A DNA stretch of 32,000 bases. Origin: Thermofilum pendens Hrk 5 (GTDB lineage: Archaea > Thermoproteota > Thermoprotei > Thermofilales > Thermofilaceae). Under the pieces are notes generated by a model. The model was not told the DNA's origin and made no database searches. It saw only the letters and a list, made by a program, of their open reading frames with translations. The translations under genes were made by a program, and so were the position numbers. How positions within the stretch are numbered: position 1 is the stretch's first letter; every line of letters starts with the position of its first letter. Below are positions 24,637-32,000 of the stretch, one piece after another. The stretch lies in NCBI RefSeq assembly GCF_000015225.1, contig NC_008698.1:690001-722000 (forward strand), given 5' to 3'.

Positions 24637-25062
24637 CTACTCAGTCTCCTTCAAGAGTATTCTTACGGGAACGCCGTTCACCAGTTGCACAAGTATGGGT
24701 ATGCCGTCGTAGCCTTGAAGGTGCTCGCTGAGCTTCTGTATAGCGTCCCGCACGTTCACGAGCGAGTCCAAGATATCCCTCTGCGACTCTATAGTCTCCT
24801 CCAAGACCGCCAACTCGTCGATAGCCCTCGCGTTTATCACGAGCTTCAACCCCATGTAGTCAACCTCATTTAGAGGGCTTAGCTTCTCCCCCATCAGCTC
24901 CTCCAGGACTCGCTCGATCTCGCGCATCTTCTCGGCTCGCACCTTTACGGCCTCATACCTCTGCTCCAACTGCTCGAGAGTTTTCTGCAGGGACTCTATC
25001 TGCGAGTCCAGATACTTCAAAAGCTCGCCGAAACCGTTAAACTGGTAAAGACTGTAGGACAC
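24637..25062 (-). CDS. Coiled-coil protein, first gene of a two-gene unit with 22011-24635
   Basis: GTG start with aggtg 9 nt upstream. The coiled-coil segments are LDSQIESLQKTLEQLEQRYEAVKVRAEKMREIERVLEEL and ETIESQRDILDSLVNVRDAIQKLSEHL, with a central beta-like segment (prefoldin-like topology, unproven). The stop is 1 nt from the downstream ATG. Confidence 0.6.
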   Translation of the reverse strand: MSYSLYQFNGFGELLKYLDSQIESLQKTLEQLEQRYEAVKVRAEKMREIERVLEELMGEKLSPLNEVDYMGLKLVINARAIDELAVLEETIESQRDILDSLVNVRDAIQKLSEHLQGYDGIPILVQLVNGVPVRILLKETE

Positions 25063-25092
25063 GTCCTACACCTACCGATTCTTTGCTCAAGC

Positions 25093-25103
25093 TATATAAA
25101 AAA
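25093..25103 (-). promoter_or_regulatory. TATA box for the coiled-coil/thioredoxin-fusion unit
   Basis: The minus strand reads ttttttatata about 35 nt upstream of GTG 25062. Confidence 0.45.
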
Positions 25104-25190
25104 GCTATCGTACGGTAACGTTTTCTCTAAGGAGTTCGAGTGAAGCGTGAACCAAGGCTGTATAGGCGTGAAGATGCCTCCATGCGCGTG

Positions 25191-25976
25191 CTATGCTCCT
25201 TTTCTTCTCTGCCTGGACTGGTAAGTGCGGATAGCTCTGAGGAAGTCTATTCTCCTGAAGTCGGGCCAGTAGACATCGAGGAATACCAGCTCCGAGTAGG
25301 CTATCTGCCACAGTAGGAAGTTGCTTATTCTTACTTCCCCGCTAGTCCTGATCACGAGGTCGGGCTCTGGGTGTGGTTCGTCGCCCGTGTAGAGGTACTT
25401 CGCGAAGAGCTTTTCGTCTATTTCCTCCGGGCTGAGCCTACCTGAGCGGACTTCTACCGCTATCTGCCTCACAGCCTCGAGTATCTCGTGCCTACCGCCG
25501 TACGCCACTGCTATGTTGAGGTATCTCTTGTTGTAGGAACGGGTCCTCTCTTCGAGTTCCCTCATCTTCTCCTGTATGTCGACGGGTAGCCGTTTAATGT
25601 CCCCTATGAACTTAACCCTGACTTGCCGCCGGTGAAGCTCCTCCGAGCTCGCCAGCTCGTCAATCTTCTCCCTCAGTATCCCGAAGATGTTTTCGAGCTC
25701 CTCCTTGCTCCGCCTTTCAAGGTTCTCCGTGGACAACACGTAGAGAGTCACCGTGACAACCCCGAGGTCGTAGCACCAGTCGAGAACTTCGTCGACCTTC
25801 TCTGCCCCGAACCTGTGCCCCATCCAGGGCGGAAAGCCGCGTCGGCGCGCCCACCTCCTGTTGCCGTCGAGGATAAACGCTACGTGCCTTGGTATCTCTC
25901 CTCCTCTAACCTCGCGGTCCAACAGGTACTCGTATAGCCTGTATACGCCCAGCCTCTCGGCAAGCCTCCGCCACAT
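25191..25976 (-). CDS. uppS: cis-Prenyltransferase (undecaprenyl diphosphate synthase family)
   Basis: HVAFILDGNRRWARRRG, VTLYVLSTENLERR and IRTSGEVRISNFLLWQIAYSELVF are the UppS signature blocks. The ORF track starts at ATG 25997. The TATA at 26002-26011 is only ~5 nt from that ATG, so I prefer the leaderless ATG 25976 (MWRRLAERL). Confidence 0.9.
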   Translation of the reverse strand: MWRRLAERLGVYRLYEYLLDREVRGGEIPRHVAFILDGNRRWARRRGFPPWMGHRFGAEKVDEVLDWCYDLGVVTVTLYVLSTENLERRSKEELENIFGILREKIDELASSEELHRRQVRVKFIGDIKRLPVDIQEKMRELEERTRSYNKRYLNIAVAYGGRHEILEAVRQIAVEVRSGRLSPEEIDEKLFAKYLYTGDEPHPEPDLVIRTSGEVRISNFLLWQIAYSELVFLDVYWPDFRRIDFLRAIRTYQSRQRRKGA

Positions 25977-26001
25977 TCCTACCACTCGTGTACACATCGT
26001 T

Positions 26002-26011
26002 AACTATATAC
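26002..26011. promoter_or_regulatory. TATA element in the uppS/deoC divergent region
   Basis: aactatatac (minus strand gtatatagtt) lies ~26 nt upstream of ATG 25976 on the minus strand and ~40 nt upstream of GTG 26050 on the plus strand. A second tactataaaaat abuts 26050. Confidence 0.45.
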
Positions 26012-26049
26012 ACCCTCCTAGGCGGAAAAATACCGTGTACTATAAAAAT

Positions 26050-26763
26050 GTGATAGCGAGACCTTTCCCGGACCCCGAGAGCCTTGTAGAAGAGGTTTCT
26101 AGGATAATCGACCACACGAACCTTAGGCCCGAGGCTTCAGAAAAGGAGCTTGAGAAGACTTGTAGGGAGGCCGTTGACTACGGCTTCTACGCGTGCTGTG
26201 TACCCGGTTTCTTCGTAGAGAAGGCTGTGAAGATAGTCGACGGCGCTGCAAAGGTAGTGACTGTCGCCGGCTTCCCCCACGGGAACTCGCCCAGGGCCGT
26301 CAAAGTGGCTGAAGTGAAGGCGGCTTTCGAGAAGGGGGCCGACGAGGTAGACGTCGTCGTAAATATCTCCTTGGTGAAGAGTGGCCTCTTGGAGGAGGCG
26401 GTGTCCGAGGTGCAGGAGATACTCGACGTCGCTAACGAGTCCGGGGGAGTCTTGAAGGTGATTCTCGAGACGGGCTACTTAACAGCGGAGGAGGTGTACA
26501 GGCTGGGCAGGGAGCTTGCGAGGATAGGCGTCCACTTCCTGAAGACCTCCACAGGCTTCGGCCCACGGGGAGCAACACCGGAGGACATCCTGGTCATGAG
26601 GAGGGCTGTCGAGGGTACGCGTACAAAGCTAAAGGCCGCTGGGGGCATAAGGACCGGGCTTCAGGCGCTCTTCTTCTACCTACTCGGCGTCGAAAGGATA
26701 GGTACGAGTAGTAGCCTCCAGATAGTTAACGATCTCCGAGCCTTAAAGGAATTGTTGCACTGA
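26050..26763 (+). CDS. deoC: Deoxyribose-phosphate aldolase
   Basis: [28 protein letters not shown], the Schiff-base lysine block HFLKTSTGF and LKAAGGIRT are present. The ORF track extends to 25861 across the uppS start; GTG 26050 gives a typical 237-aa DeoC. Confidence 0.88.
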   Translation: MIARPFPDPESLVEEVSRIIDHTNLRPEASEKELEKTCREAVDYGFYACCVPGFFVEKAVKIVDGAAKVVTVAGFPHGNSPRAVKVAEVKAAFEKGADEVDVVVNISLVKSGLLEEAVSEVQEILDVANESGGVLKVILETGYLTAEEVYRLGRELARIGVHFLKTSTGFGPRGATPEDILVMRRAVEGTRTKLKAAGGIRTGLQALFFYLLGVERIGTSSSLQIVNDLRALKELLH

Positions 26764-26801
26764 TTTTCGTTTATTGTCGTAGACGATTTGATCAAAAAAC
26801 G

Positions 26802-26808
26802 TTTTATA
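26802..26808 (+). promoter_or_regulatory. BRE/TATA for the HMGCS-thiolase-DUF35 operon
   Basis: caaaaaac-gttttata lies ~33 nt upstream of ATG 26841. The T-rich ttttcgtttatt right after the deoC stop would serve as its terminator. Confidence 0.45.
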
Positions 26809-26840
26809 CCAGAAGCGCTAAGAAGAGGGCACGAGGCGAG

Positions 26841-27881
26841 ATGCCCGGAATAGCGTCCATACTAGGCTACGGTGCGTACATCCCTGTCTACAGGATCGAG
26901 AGCGGGGAGATATCGAGGGTGCACACTAAGGGCGGAGAGAAGGCTCCCGTGAAGCAGAAGAGCGTGCCCGGGCCCGACGAGGACTCGCTAACGATGGCCT
27001 ACGAGGCGTCTAAGAACGCCTTGAAACGAGCTAGACTAGACCCCCGGGAGGTTCAGGCTTTGTACATCGGGTCGGAGAGCCCGCCCTACGCCGTCAAGCC
27101 GTCCGCGACTGTTGTGGCGGAGGCTCTTGGGCTGTCGAGGAAGCTCTACGGGATAGACATGGAGTTCGCGTGCAAGGCGGGGACTACCGCGCTTATAAGC
27201 GTGGCAGGGTTAGTCAAGTCGGGTATAATCACGTACGGGTTGGCGGTGGGCACGGACACGGCGCAGGGAAGACCCGGCGATGAGCTCGAGTACACCGCGG
27301 GTGCCGGGGCGGCGGCGTTCGTCGTGTCTCCTGTGCGCAGCGACGCGGTGGCAACGATCGAGCACGTCTACTCCTACGTTACCGATACGCCCGACTTCTG
27401 GCGGAGGGAGGGGGAGAGGTTCCCGATGCACACGTTCCGCTTCACCGGCGAGCCCGCGTACTTCCACCATATAGTCAGCGCGGCGAAGGGGCTCTTCGAG
27501 GAGACGGGGCTTAAGCCCTCGGACTTCGCCTACGCTGTTTTCCACCAGCCGAACGTAAAGTTCCCGCAGAGGGTGGGGGCGATGCTGGGCTTCAAGCCTG
27601 AGCAGCTAAAGCTGGGCTTGCTCTCGGGCGAGATCGGCAACACCTACGCAGCCGCCTCGCTGATAGGGTTGACCAACGTTTTGGACCACGCTAAGCCTGG
27701 CGAGAGAATACTTGTGGTATCCTTCGGTAGCGGCGCTGGCTCGGACGCGCTGAGTATAGTGGTCGAGGAGGGTATCGAGGACCGCCGCGGGCTGGCGCCT
27801 CTGACGATGCAGTACGTGAAGAGGGCCAAACTAGTCGATTACGCCGTTTACCTTAAGTACAAGGACTTCATAAAGAGGTGA
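26841..27881 (+). CDS. Archaeal hydroxymethylglutaryl-CoA synthase (UPF0219-type)
   Basis: [13 protein letters not shown] ... catalytic Cys in [12 protein letters not shown] ... FHQPNVKFP ... SFGSGAGSD. The size (~346 aa) and the operon with a thiolase and a DUF35 gene fit the archaeal enzyme. Confidence 0.88.
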   Translation: MPGIASILGYGAYIPVYRIESGEISRVHTKGGEKAPVKQKSVPGPDEDSLTMAYEASKNALKRARLDPREVQALYIGSESPPYAVKPSATVVAEALGLSRKLYGIDMEFACKAGTTALISVAGLVKSGIITYGLAVGTDTAQGRPGDELEYTAGAGAAAFVVSPVRSDAVATIEHVYSYVTDTPDFWRREGERFPMHTFRFTGEPAYFHHIVSAAKGLFEETGLKPSDFAYAVFHQPNVKFPQRVGAMLGFKPEQLKLGLLSGEIGNTYAAASLIGLTNVLDHAKPGERILVVSFGSGAGSDALSIVVEEGIEDRRGLAPLTMQYVKRAKLVDYAVYLKYKDFIKR

Positions 27882-27887
27882 GCATCC

Positions 27888-29054
27888 TTGACGGGGGTCT
27901 ACCTGGTAGGTATAGGGGCTACGAAGATAGACGAGCACTGGGAGAGGCCCCTCAGGGACCTCATGCTCGAAGCCTCCCTTAAGGCTCTGAGAGATGCCGG
28001 GCTCTCCAAGAGGGATGTCGAGGCTATATTCGTCGGGAACATGTCGTCGGGGTACCTCCAGGGGCAGGAGCACCTAGGCTCTCTTCTCGCGACGTGGCTC
28101 GGCGTACCCGGGGTTGCGGCAAACAAGGTGGAGGCGGCGTGCGGGAGCGGCGGGGCGGCTTTCCACAACGCTTTCCTGGCTGTGAAGTCGGGCCTCTACG
28201 ACTGCGTCTTGGCGGTGGGCGTTGAGAAGCTTACAGACGCGACGACGCCAGATGCTACGAGCGCGCTCATAATGGCGGAGGACCAGGAGTACGTGGCTTT
28301 CGCCGGCTTCTCCTTCGTGGCTCTAAACGCCCTCGTGTATAAGGCGTACATGAAGAAGTACGGCGCCAAGCAGGAAGACATAGCGCTCTTCGCGGTCCAC
28401 GACCACAAGTACGCTGTTAACAACCCCTTGGCGCAGTACCCGAGAGCAGTCACGCTCGAAGAGGTTCTCAGCTCGCCCATGGTAGCAGACCCGCTGAGGC
28501 TTCTGGAGAGCGCTCCGCTAGGCGACGGCGCGGCGGCTGCACTGTTGTGTTCAGAGAAGAAACTAAAAGAAGTTGAGAAGGACGTGGTGATAGAGGTTGT
28601 TGGGAGCGCGCTCGCAACGGACGTGCTGAGCCTACACGACAGGGCTGATCTGACAACGCTTTCCGCTACGGTGAAGGCCTCGAGGAAGGCTTACGCGATG
28701 GCTGGTATCGAGCCGAAAGACGTGGACGTGCTCGAAGTCCACGACGCTTTCACAGTACTCGGCGTGATACACCTCGAAGACCTCGGCTTCGCGGAGAAAG
28801 GGGCAGGCTGGAAGCTCCTCAAGGAGGGCCAGCTGGAGAAGGACGGGGATCTGCCGACGAACACTATGGGGGGTCTGAAGGCTCGCGGACACCCGGTTGG
28901 CGCCACGGGTATCTACCAGATATACGACATAGCGGTACAGCTGAGGGGGGAAGCCGGCAAGAACCAGGTTGACGGGGCGGAGGTGGGCCTCGCGCAGAAC
29001 GTGGGTGGTGTCGGGGGAACAGTCTCCGTTAATATCCTGAAGAGGGTGAGGTAA
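27888..29054 (+). CDS. Acetyl-CoA acetyltransferase (archaeal thiolase, SCP-x-like)
   Basis: VYLVGIGATK ... active-site VEAACGSGGAAF ... EVHDAFTV ... NTMGGLKARGHPVGATG ... NVGGVGGT. TTG start 6 nt after the HMGCS stop. Confidence 0.88.
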   Translation: MTGVYLVGIGATKIDEHWERPLRDLMLEASLKALRDAGLSKRDVEAIFVGNMSSGYLQGQEHLGSLLATWLGVPGVAANKVEAACGSGGAAFHNAFLAVKSGLYDCVLAVGVEKLTDATTPDATSALIMAEDQEYVAFAGFSFVALNALVYKAYMKKYGAKQEDIALFAVHDHKYAVNNPLAQYPRAVTLEEVLSSPMVADPLRLLESAPLGDGAAAALLCSEKKLKEVEKDVVIEVVGSALATDVLSLHDRADLTTLSATVKASRKAYAMAGIEPKDVDVLEVHDAFTVLGVIHLEDLGFAEKGAGWKLLKEGQLEKDGDLPTNTMGGLKARGHPVGATGIYQIYDIAVQLRGEAGKNQVDGAEVGLAQNVGGVGGTVSVNILKRVR

Positions 29055-29056
29055 AG

Positions 29057-29464
29057 ATGGCGTACATGAGGAGTGTTCCAAGGGCTTGGAGGGAGAGAAA
29101 GATCAAGTACCAGCTGATAGGGGGTAAGTGCAAGGATTGCGGCAAGAGCTTCTACCCCTACAGGCAGGTGTGCCCGGCTTGCGGGTCGGAGAACGTGGAG
29201 GAGGTAAAGCTTCCAGAGAGGGGTGTAGTGGAGGTTTTCACCGTGGTAAGGAGCCCTCCCTCGGACTTCGCCTGGCAGGCACCATACGTGGTAGCGCTCG
29301 TCCGGCTGGAGGACGGCACGCTCGTACCAGCGCAGATAACCGACGTGGATCCGGACGAGGTTCACGAGGGAATGGAGGTAGAGGCGGTTTTCAGGAAGTA
29401 CAGGGAGCAGGGGCAACAGGGGATAATAGAGTACGGCATCAAGTTCAGGCCGAGGACGTGGTAA
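29057..29464 (+). CDS. DUF35 OB-fold/zinc-ribbon protein (scaffold subunit of the thiolase/HMGCS complex)
   Basis: CKDCGKSFYPYRQVCPACGS is the rubredoxin-like ribbon, followed by an OB-fold block GVVEVFTVV ... VVALVRLEDG. It starts 2 nt after the thiolase stop. Confidence 0.85.
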   Translation: MAYMRSVPRAWRERKIKYQLIGGKCKDCGKSFYPYRQVCPACGSENVEEVKLPERGVVEVFTVVRSPPSDFAWQAPYVVALVRLEDGTLVPAQITDVDPDEVHEGMEVEAVFRKYREQGQQGIIEYGIKFRPRTW

Positions 29465-29467
29465 CCT

Positions 29468-29794
29468 TTGGGCTACGAGCTAACGACCCGTGAAAAATTG
29501 TTCAGGTTTTTCTTGGAGAACCCAGGCTCGGAGATCGACCTCTACCAGCTCACCAGAGAACTAGGGCTTAGGCCCTCCGACTACAAGGAGGTTCTGGAAA
29601 ACATAAACCATGTGGCAAAGACTATACGCAGGAAGAGCAACGGGAAAATGCTGCTGATGATGAAGCCTCCCATGTGTGCCAGTTGCGGGTATGTCTTCAG
29701 GGAGCTTGAGAAGGCACGTTTGCCGAGCAGGTGTCCAGTCTGCAAGAGCGAGAGGATACGCCCGCCGTCGTTTATGCTCGTAGTCCAGGAGTAG
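29468..29794 (+). CDS. HTH domain fused to a C-terminal zinc ribbon (COG3357-like putative transcriptional regulator)
   Basis: TTG start 3 nt after the DUF35 stop. The N-terminal REKLFRFFLENPGSEIDLYQLTRELGLRPSDYKEVLENINHVAKT is wHTH-like. The C-terminal ribbon is CASCGYVF ... CPVCKSERI (CxxC-x17-CxxC). Confidence 0.65.
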   Translation: MGYELTTREKLFRFFLENPGSEIDLYQLTRELGLRPSDYKEVLENINHVAKTIRRKSNGKMLLMMKPPMCASCGYVFRELEKARLPSRCPVCKSERIRPPSFMLVVQE

Positions 29795-29797
29795 TTG

Positions 29798-31129
29798 CTA
29801 CTTCTTTTCGAGAAGCGCTATGAAGAAGGCCTCGGACCTATGCTTATCTGGGAAAGTCCTCGTCGCAACCCCCCTCAAGCCGTACCTAGGGTAAGCCTCG
29901 TCGAAGAATAAGGGAGGTCTCAGCAGGGAGGACTCCCCGTCCGCGGCGACGTCCTTTACAACCTCCTCTCCCTCCTCCGGGAGGACTGAGCACGTGGAGT
30001 ATGCTACTCTACCTCCATGTTTCATGTGCCTAAGAACGTTCCTCAGTATTTCCCTCTGCCTGGTGGAGTACAGGGCTACCTCTTCCCTGTCGAGCTCCCA
30101 GAGGGATAGCCTCAGCCCCGGGTCCTTCCCTATTGCTCCGCTGTTCGTGCACGGAGCATCCACCAATCCCTCATCGAAGAGCGTACGAGTTGCTAGAAAC
30201 CTCGAGTCCGAGTTAACGATGTGGACAATCTTGCGGCAACCCAGTAGCACGCCTCTAGAGTCCCTTATACGGTTGAAAGAAATGTCGACCGCTAGTATCT
30301 CGTCGCAGCAACGCCTAGCATCGCAGTACAGGGATGTCTTCATGAAGGGAGCCGCCGCCGCGTCGATGCACGTAGAGACGCATGTCTCTCCCAGCTTTAC
30401 CAGCTCCATAACCACCGCTACGCTCGCCTTATCCTGGTACACCGCGAGCTCCGGGCTCACCTCGGGTAGGGGCTCGTAGCTTGGGAGGAGTAGCTCGTAG
30501 AGGCCGTCGATCTCGGGGTCTCGCCTAAACCTGATGCCGAGGCCTACTAGGAATTCCTCGAGTTTCTCCCGCCCCTTCTCGCCGACAGCCCTCAGCCACA
30601 CAAACCTCCTCTCGAAGGACCTGGCGACTTCTTCTGCCCTCGCGCACCCCAGGTTCTCGACGAGGACCTCTGAGACGAGGGGAGGTACCGAGTAGAGGTA
30701 CGCGATCCTGTCGCGACATCCGAGCTCCCTGGCTTCCTCGATCAGCCTTTCGAGAAAACGCGGAGTGATGCTCGACAGTAGCACGTTGCTCACTAGCCCG
30801 CCGCGCAGAGACTCTACCCTCTTCTCGAAGCCCGGGTACTTGAGTACGAGCGCTACAGCTACGTAGAAAGCGCTTTTTCTCCTCAGAGGGATTCCGGATC
30901 TCCCGAGCTTCTTCAAAGCCAGTATCGCTACGCCGACGTTGAGGAGAGTAAGCCTTGCCAACGCGTACACAGTCCTAGCCTCCGGCTTGCTCAGGTTGAA
31001 CTCTTTTCTCACAGACTGGAACGAGTAGTCGAGGGAAGCCTTCCAGCGCTGAACCCTCTCTACAACCAGGGAGGCCGCTCTGAACGTTTTAGGCGTGAGA
31101 TCCTCTAGAAAGGCTTCGGAGCTACTCAA
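29798..31129 (-). CDS. NOL1/NOP2/Sun (RsmB/Trm4-like) RNA cytosine-C5 methyltransferase
   Basis: Motif IV is DAPCTNSGAIGKDP and motif VI is RVAYSTCSVLPEEGE, giving both catalytic cysteines. The motif I region reads CIDAAAAPFMKT rather than the usual D-x-C/A-AAPGGKT. Confidence 0.8.
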   Translation of the reverse strand: MSSSEAFLEDLTPKTFRAASLVVERVQRWKASLDYSFQSVRKEFNLSKPEARTVYALARLTLLNVGVAILALKKLGRSGIPLRRKSAFYVAVALVLKYPGFEKRVESLRGGLVSNVLLSSITPRFLERLIEEARELGCRDRIAYLYSVPPLVSEVLVENLGCARAEEVARSFERRFVWLRAVGEKGREKLEEFLVGLGIRFRRDPEIDGLYELLLPSYEPLPEVSPELAVYQDKASVAVVMELVKLGETCVSTCIDAAAAPFMKTSLYCDARRCCDEILAVDISFNRIRDSRGVLLGCRKIVHIVNSDSRFLATRTLFDEGLVDAPCTNSGAIGKDPGLRLSLWELDREEVALYSTRQREILRNVLRHMKHGGRVAYSTCSVLPEEGEEVVKDVAADGESSLLRPPLFFDEAYPRYGLRGVATRTFPDKHRSEAFFIALLEKK

Positions 31130-31145
31130 AGCGGGTCTCCCACGC

Positions 31146-31988
31146 CTAGAGTATTCGTTGAAGCATCATTGAAGCCATGTAGCTAGAGTAGTATGCTACG
31201 AAGGAAGCTATGAACGCCCGGTCTCTGGGTAACCTCTTGTAAACGGCAAGGGTTGCTGTGAGAAGACCCAGCGTGGGCACCTGGACCAGCCTGTACAGCA
31301 AGCTGAGCGTGAAGGGATCCCAGGGTAGCGCAGCTTGAAGAACGTTGAAGGCGTAGACTGGGAGAAGGGACGCGAAAAAAGCTCCGAGGTAGTCAACGCT
31401 GTAGCCACCGTGGCCTCCGAGCACCCGTTGGACAAGCTCTACCACTAATAGGAGCACCAGCGCTCCGAGGACAAAGAAGAAAAAGCCGAGAGGTATCAAC
31501 CGATACGGCAACGCGAGCTGGTCCATCATGAACACTACCTGCGCGCCCAGCGCGGATGGCAACGCGCCGAGAAGTAGGGAGGCTCCAAGAATCACAAGGC
31601 TCAGCGAGCGCTCGTGGTAGAAGGCGGCGGCTAGGCTTTCCGGGACGATGACGGGCAAGAAATACTTCTCGACTAGCGCCGCGAAGCCCCTCTTTTCCGC
31701 GACTATGTTGCGGAGCCGAGCGTCTTCCTCCAGCATGAACCTGTAGAGGCGTATGCCCTTCTCCGTTAACGTGTACCTTCTCTTCTCGTTCTTGGTCACG
31801 AAACCCTCCATCCCGTCCAGGTTGTAGTAGAGGTTTCCGGTGCTCGTTTTAAGGGAAGATTTTAACTCCGTAAAAGAAGCCTCCCCCCTCTCTCCGAGAA
31901 TTCTAAGGATTGATCGCTTCAAGGGGTTACCGAGTATCTCGTATACCTTCTCGTACTCCAAAGCGTCGGTGGAAACATCGCCTCGCAT
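31146..31988 (-). CDS. ArsR-like winged-HTH domain fused to a multi-pass membrane domain
   Basis: The N-terminal ILGNPLKRSILRILGERGEASFTELKSSLKTSTGNLYYNLDGMEGFVTKNEKRRYTLTEKG is a classic ArsR/wHTH pattern. At least 5 hydrophobic helices follow (LSLVILGASLLLGALPSALG, LIPLGFFFFVLGALVLLLVV, LGAFFASLLPVYAFNVL ...). Confidence 0.7.
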   Translation of the reverse strand: MRGDVSTDALEYEKVYEILGNPLKRSILRILGERGEASFTELKSSLKTSTGNLYYNLDGMEGFVTKNEKRRYTLTEKGIRLYRFMLEEDARLRNIVAEKRGFAALVEKYFLPVIVPESLAAAFYHERSLSLVILGASLLLGALPSALGAQVVFMMDQLALPYRLIPLGFFFFVLGALVLLLVVELVQRVLGGHGGYSVDYLGAFFASLLPVYAFNVLQAALPWDPFTLSLLYRLVQVPTLGLLTATLAVYKRLPRDRAFIASFVAYYSSYMASMMLQRIL

Positions 31989-32000
31989 AGCTCACTAGAC

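Overview
Gene-dense window with very uneven GC content. My hand counts of 60-120 nt samples range from about 42% to about 85%. It reads as a hyperthermophilic crenarchaeon (Desulfurococcales/Pyrodictiaceae-like; no species call). Supporting traits are AGG/AGA arginine codons, TATA boxes about 25-30 nt ahead of near-leaderless ATG/GTG/TTG starts, oligo-T terminators, an archaeal-type ThrRS editing domain and a multi-intron tRNA. Left to right the window holds: the last 4.96 kb of a giant glycosylated, membrane-anchored surface protein (5' end off-window); a RadA-paralog pair; an NFACT/Rqc2 homolog; an unknown protein; a Mut7-C PIN-like nuclease; AMMECR1; a thioredoxin-fold/proline-rich/Cys4 protein; ATP-dependent DNA ligase; a coiled-coil unknown; a PfkB kinase; a small Cys-rich protein; ThrRS with a translationally coupled radical-SAM gene; a DUF504-like protein; a bacterial-type class I GAPDH; a tRNA-Glu(CUC) with two non-canonical introns; a metallophosphoesterase fusion; a membrane protein; a two-gene unit for a coiled-coil protein and an 874-aa secreted propeller/CarboxypepD_reg/TlpA-thioredoxin fusion; UppS; DeoC; the archaeal HMG-CoA synthase/thiolase/DUF35 trio plus an HTH-Zn-ribbon protein; an m5C RNA methyltransferase; and a membrane-tethered wHTH protein. 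I saw no CRISPR array, rRNA, transposase or integrase. The best lead is an unannotated 54-nt box C/D sRNA candidate (19641-19694, minus strand) just downstream of the tRNA-Glu gene. Both of its 12-nt guides are complementary to that (pre-)tRNA: one to the anticodon loop with position 34 as target, the other to the first 11 nt of the D-loop intron. Secondary leads are the compositionally chimeric RadA paralog with a Walker-A-dead partner, a roughly 70% GC island (5.5-9.1 kb), the class I GAPDH beside the tRNA, and the extracytoplasmic thioredoxin fusion.
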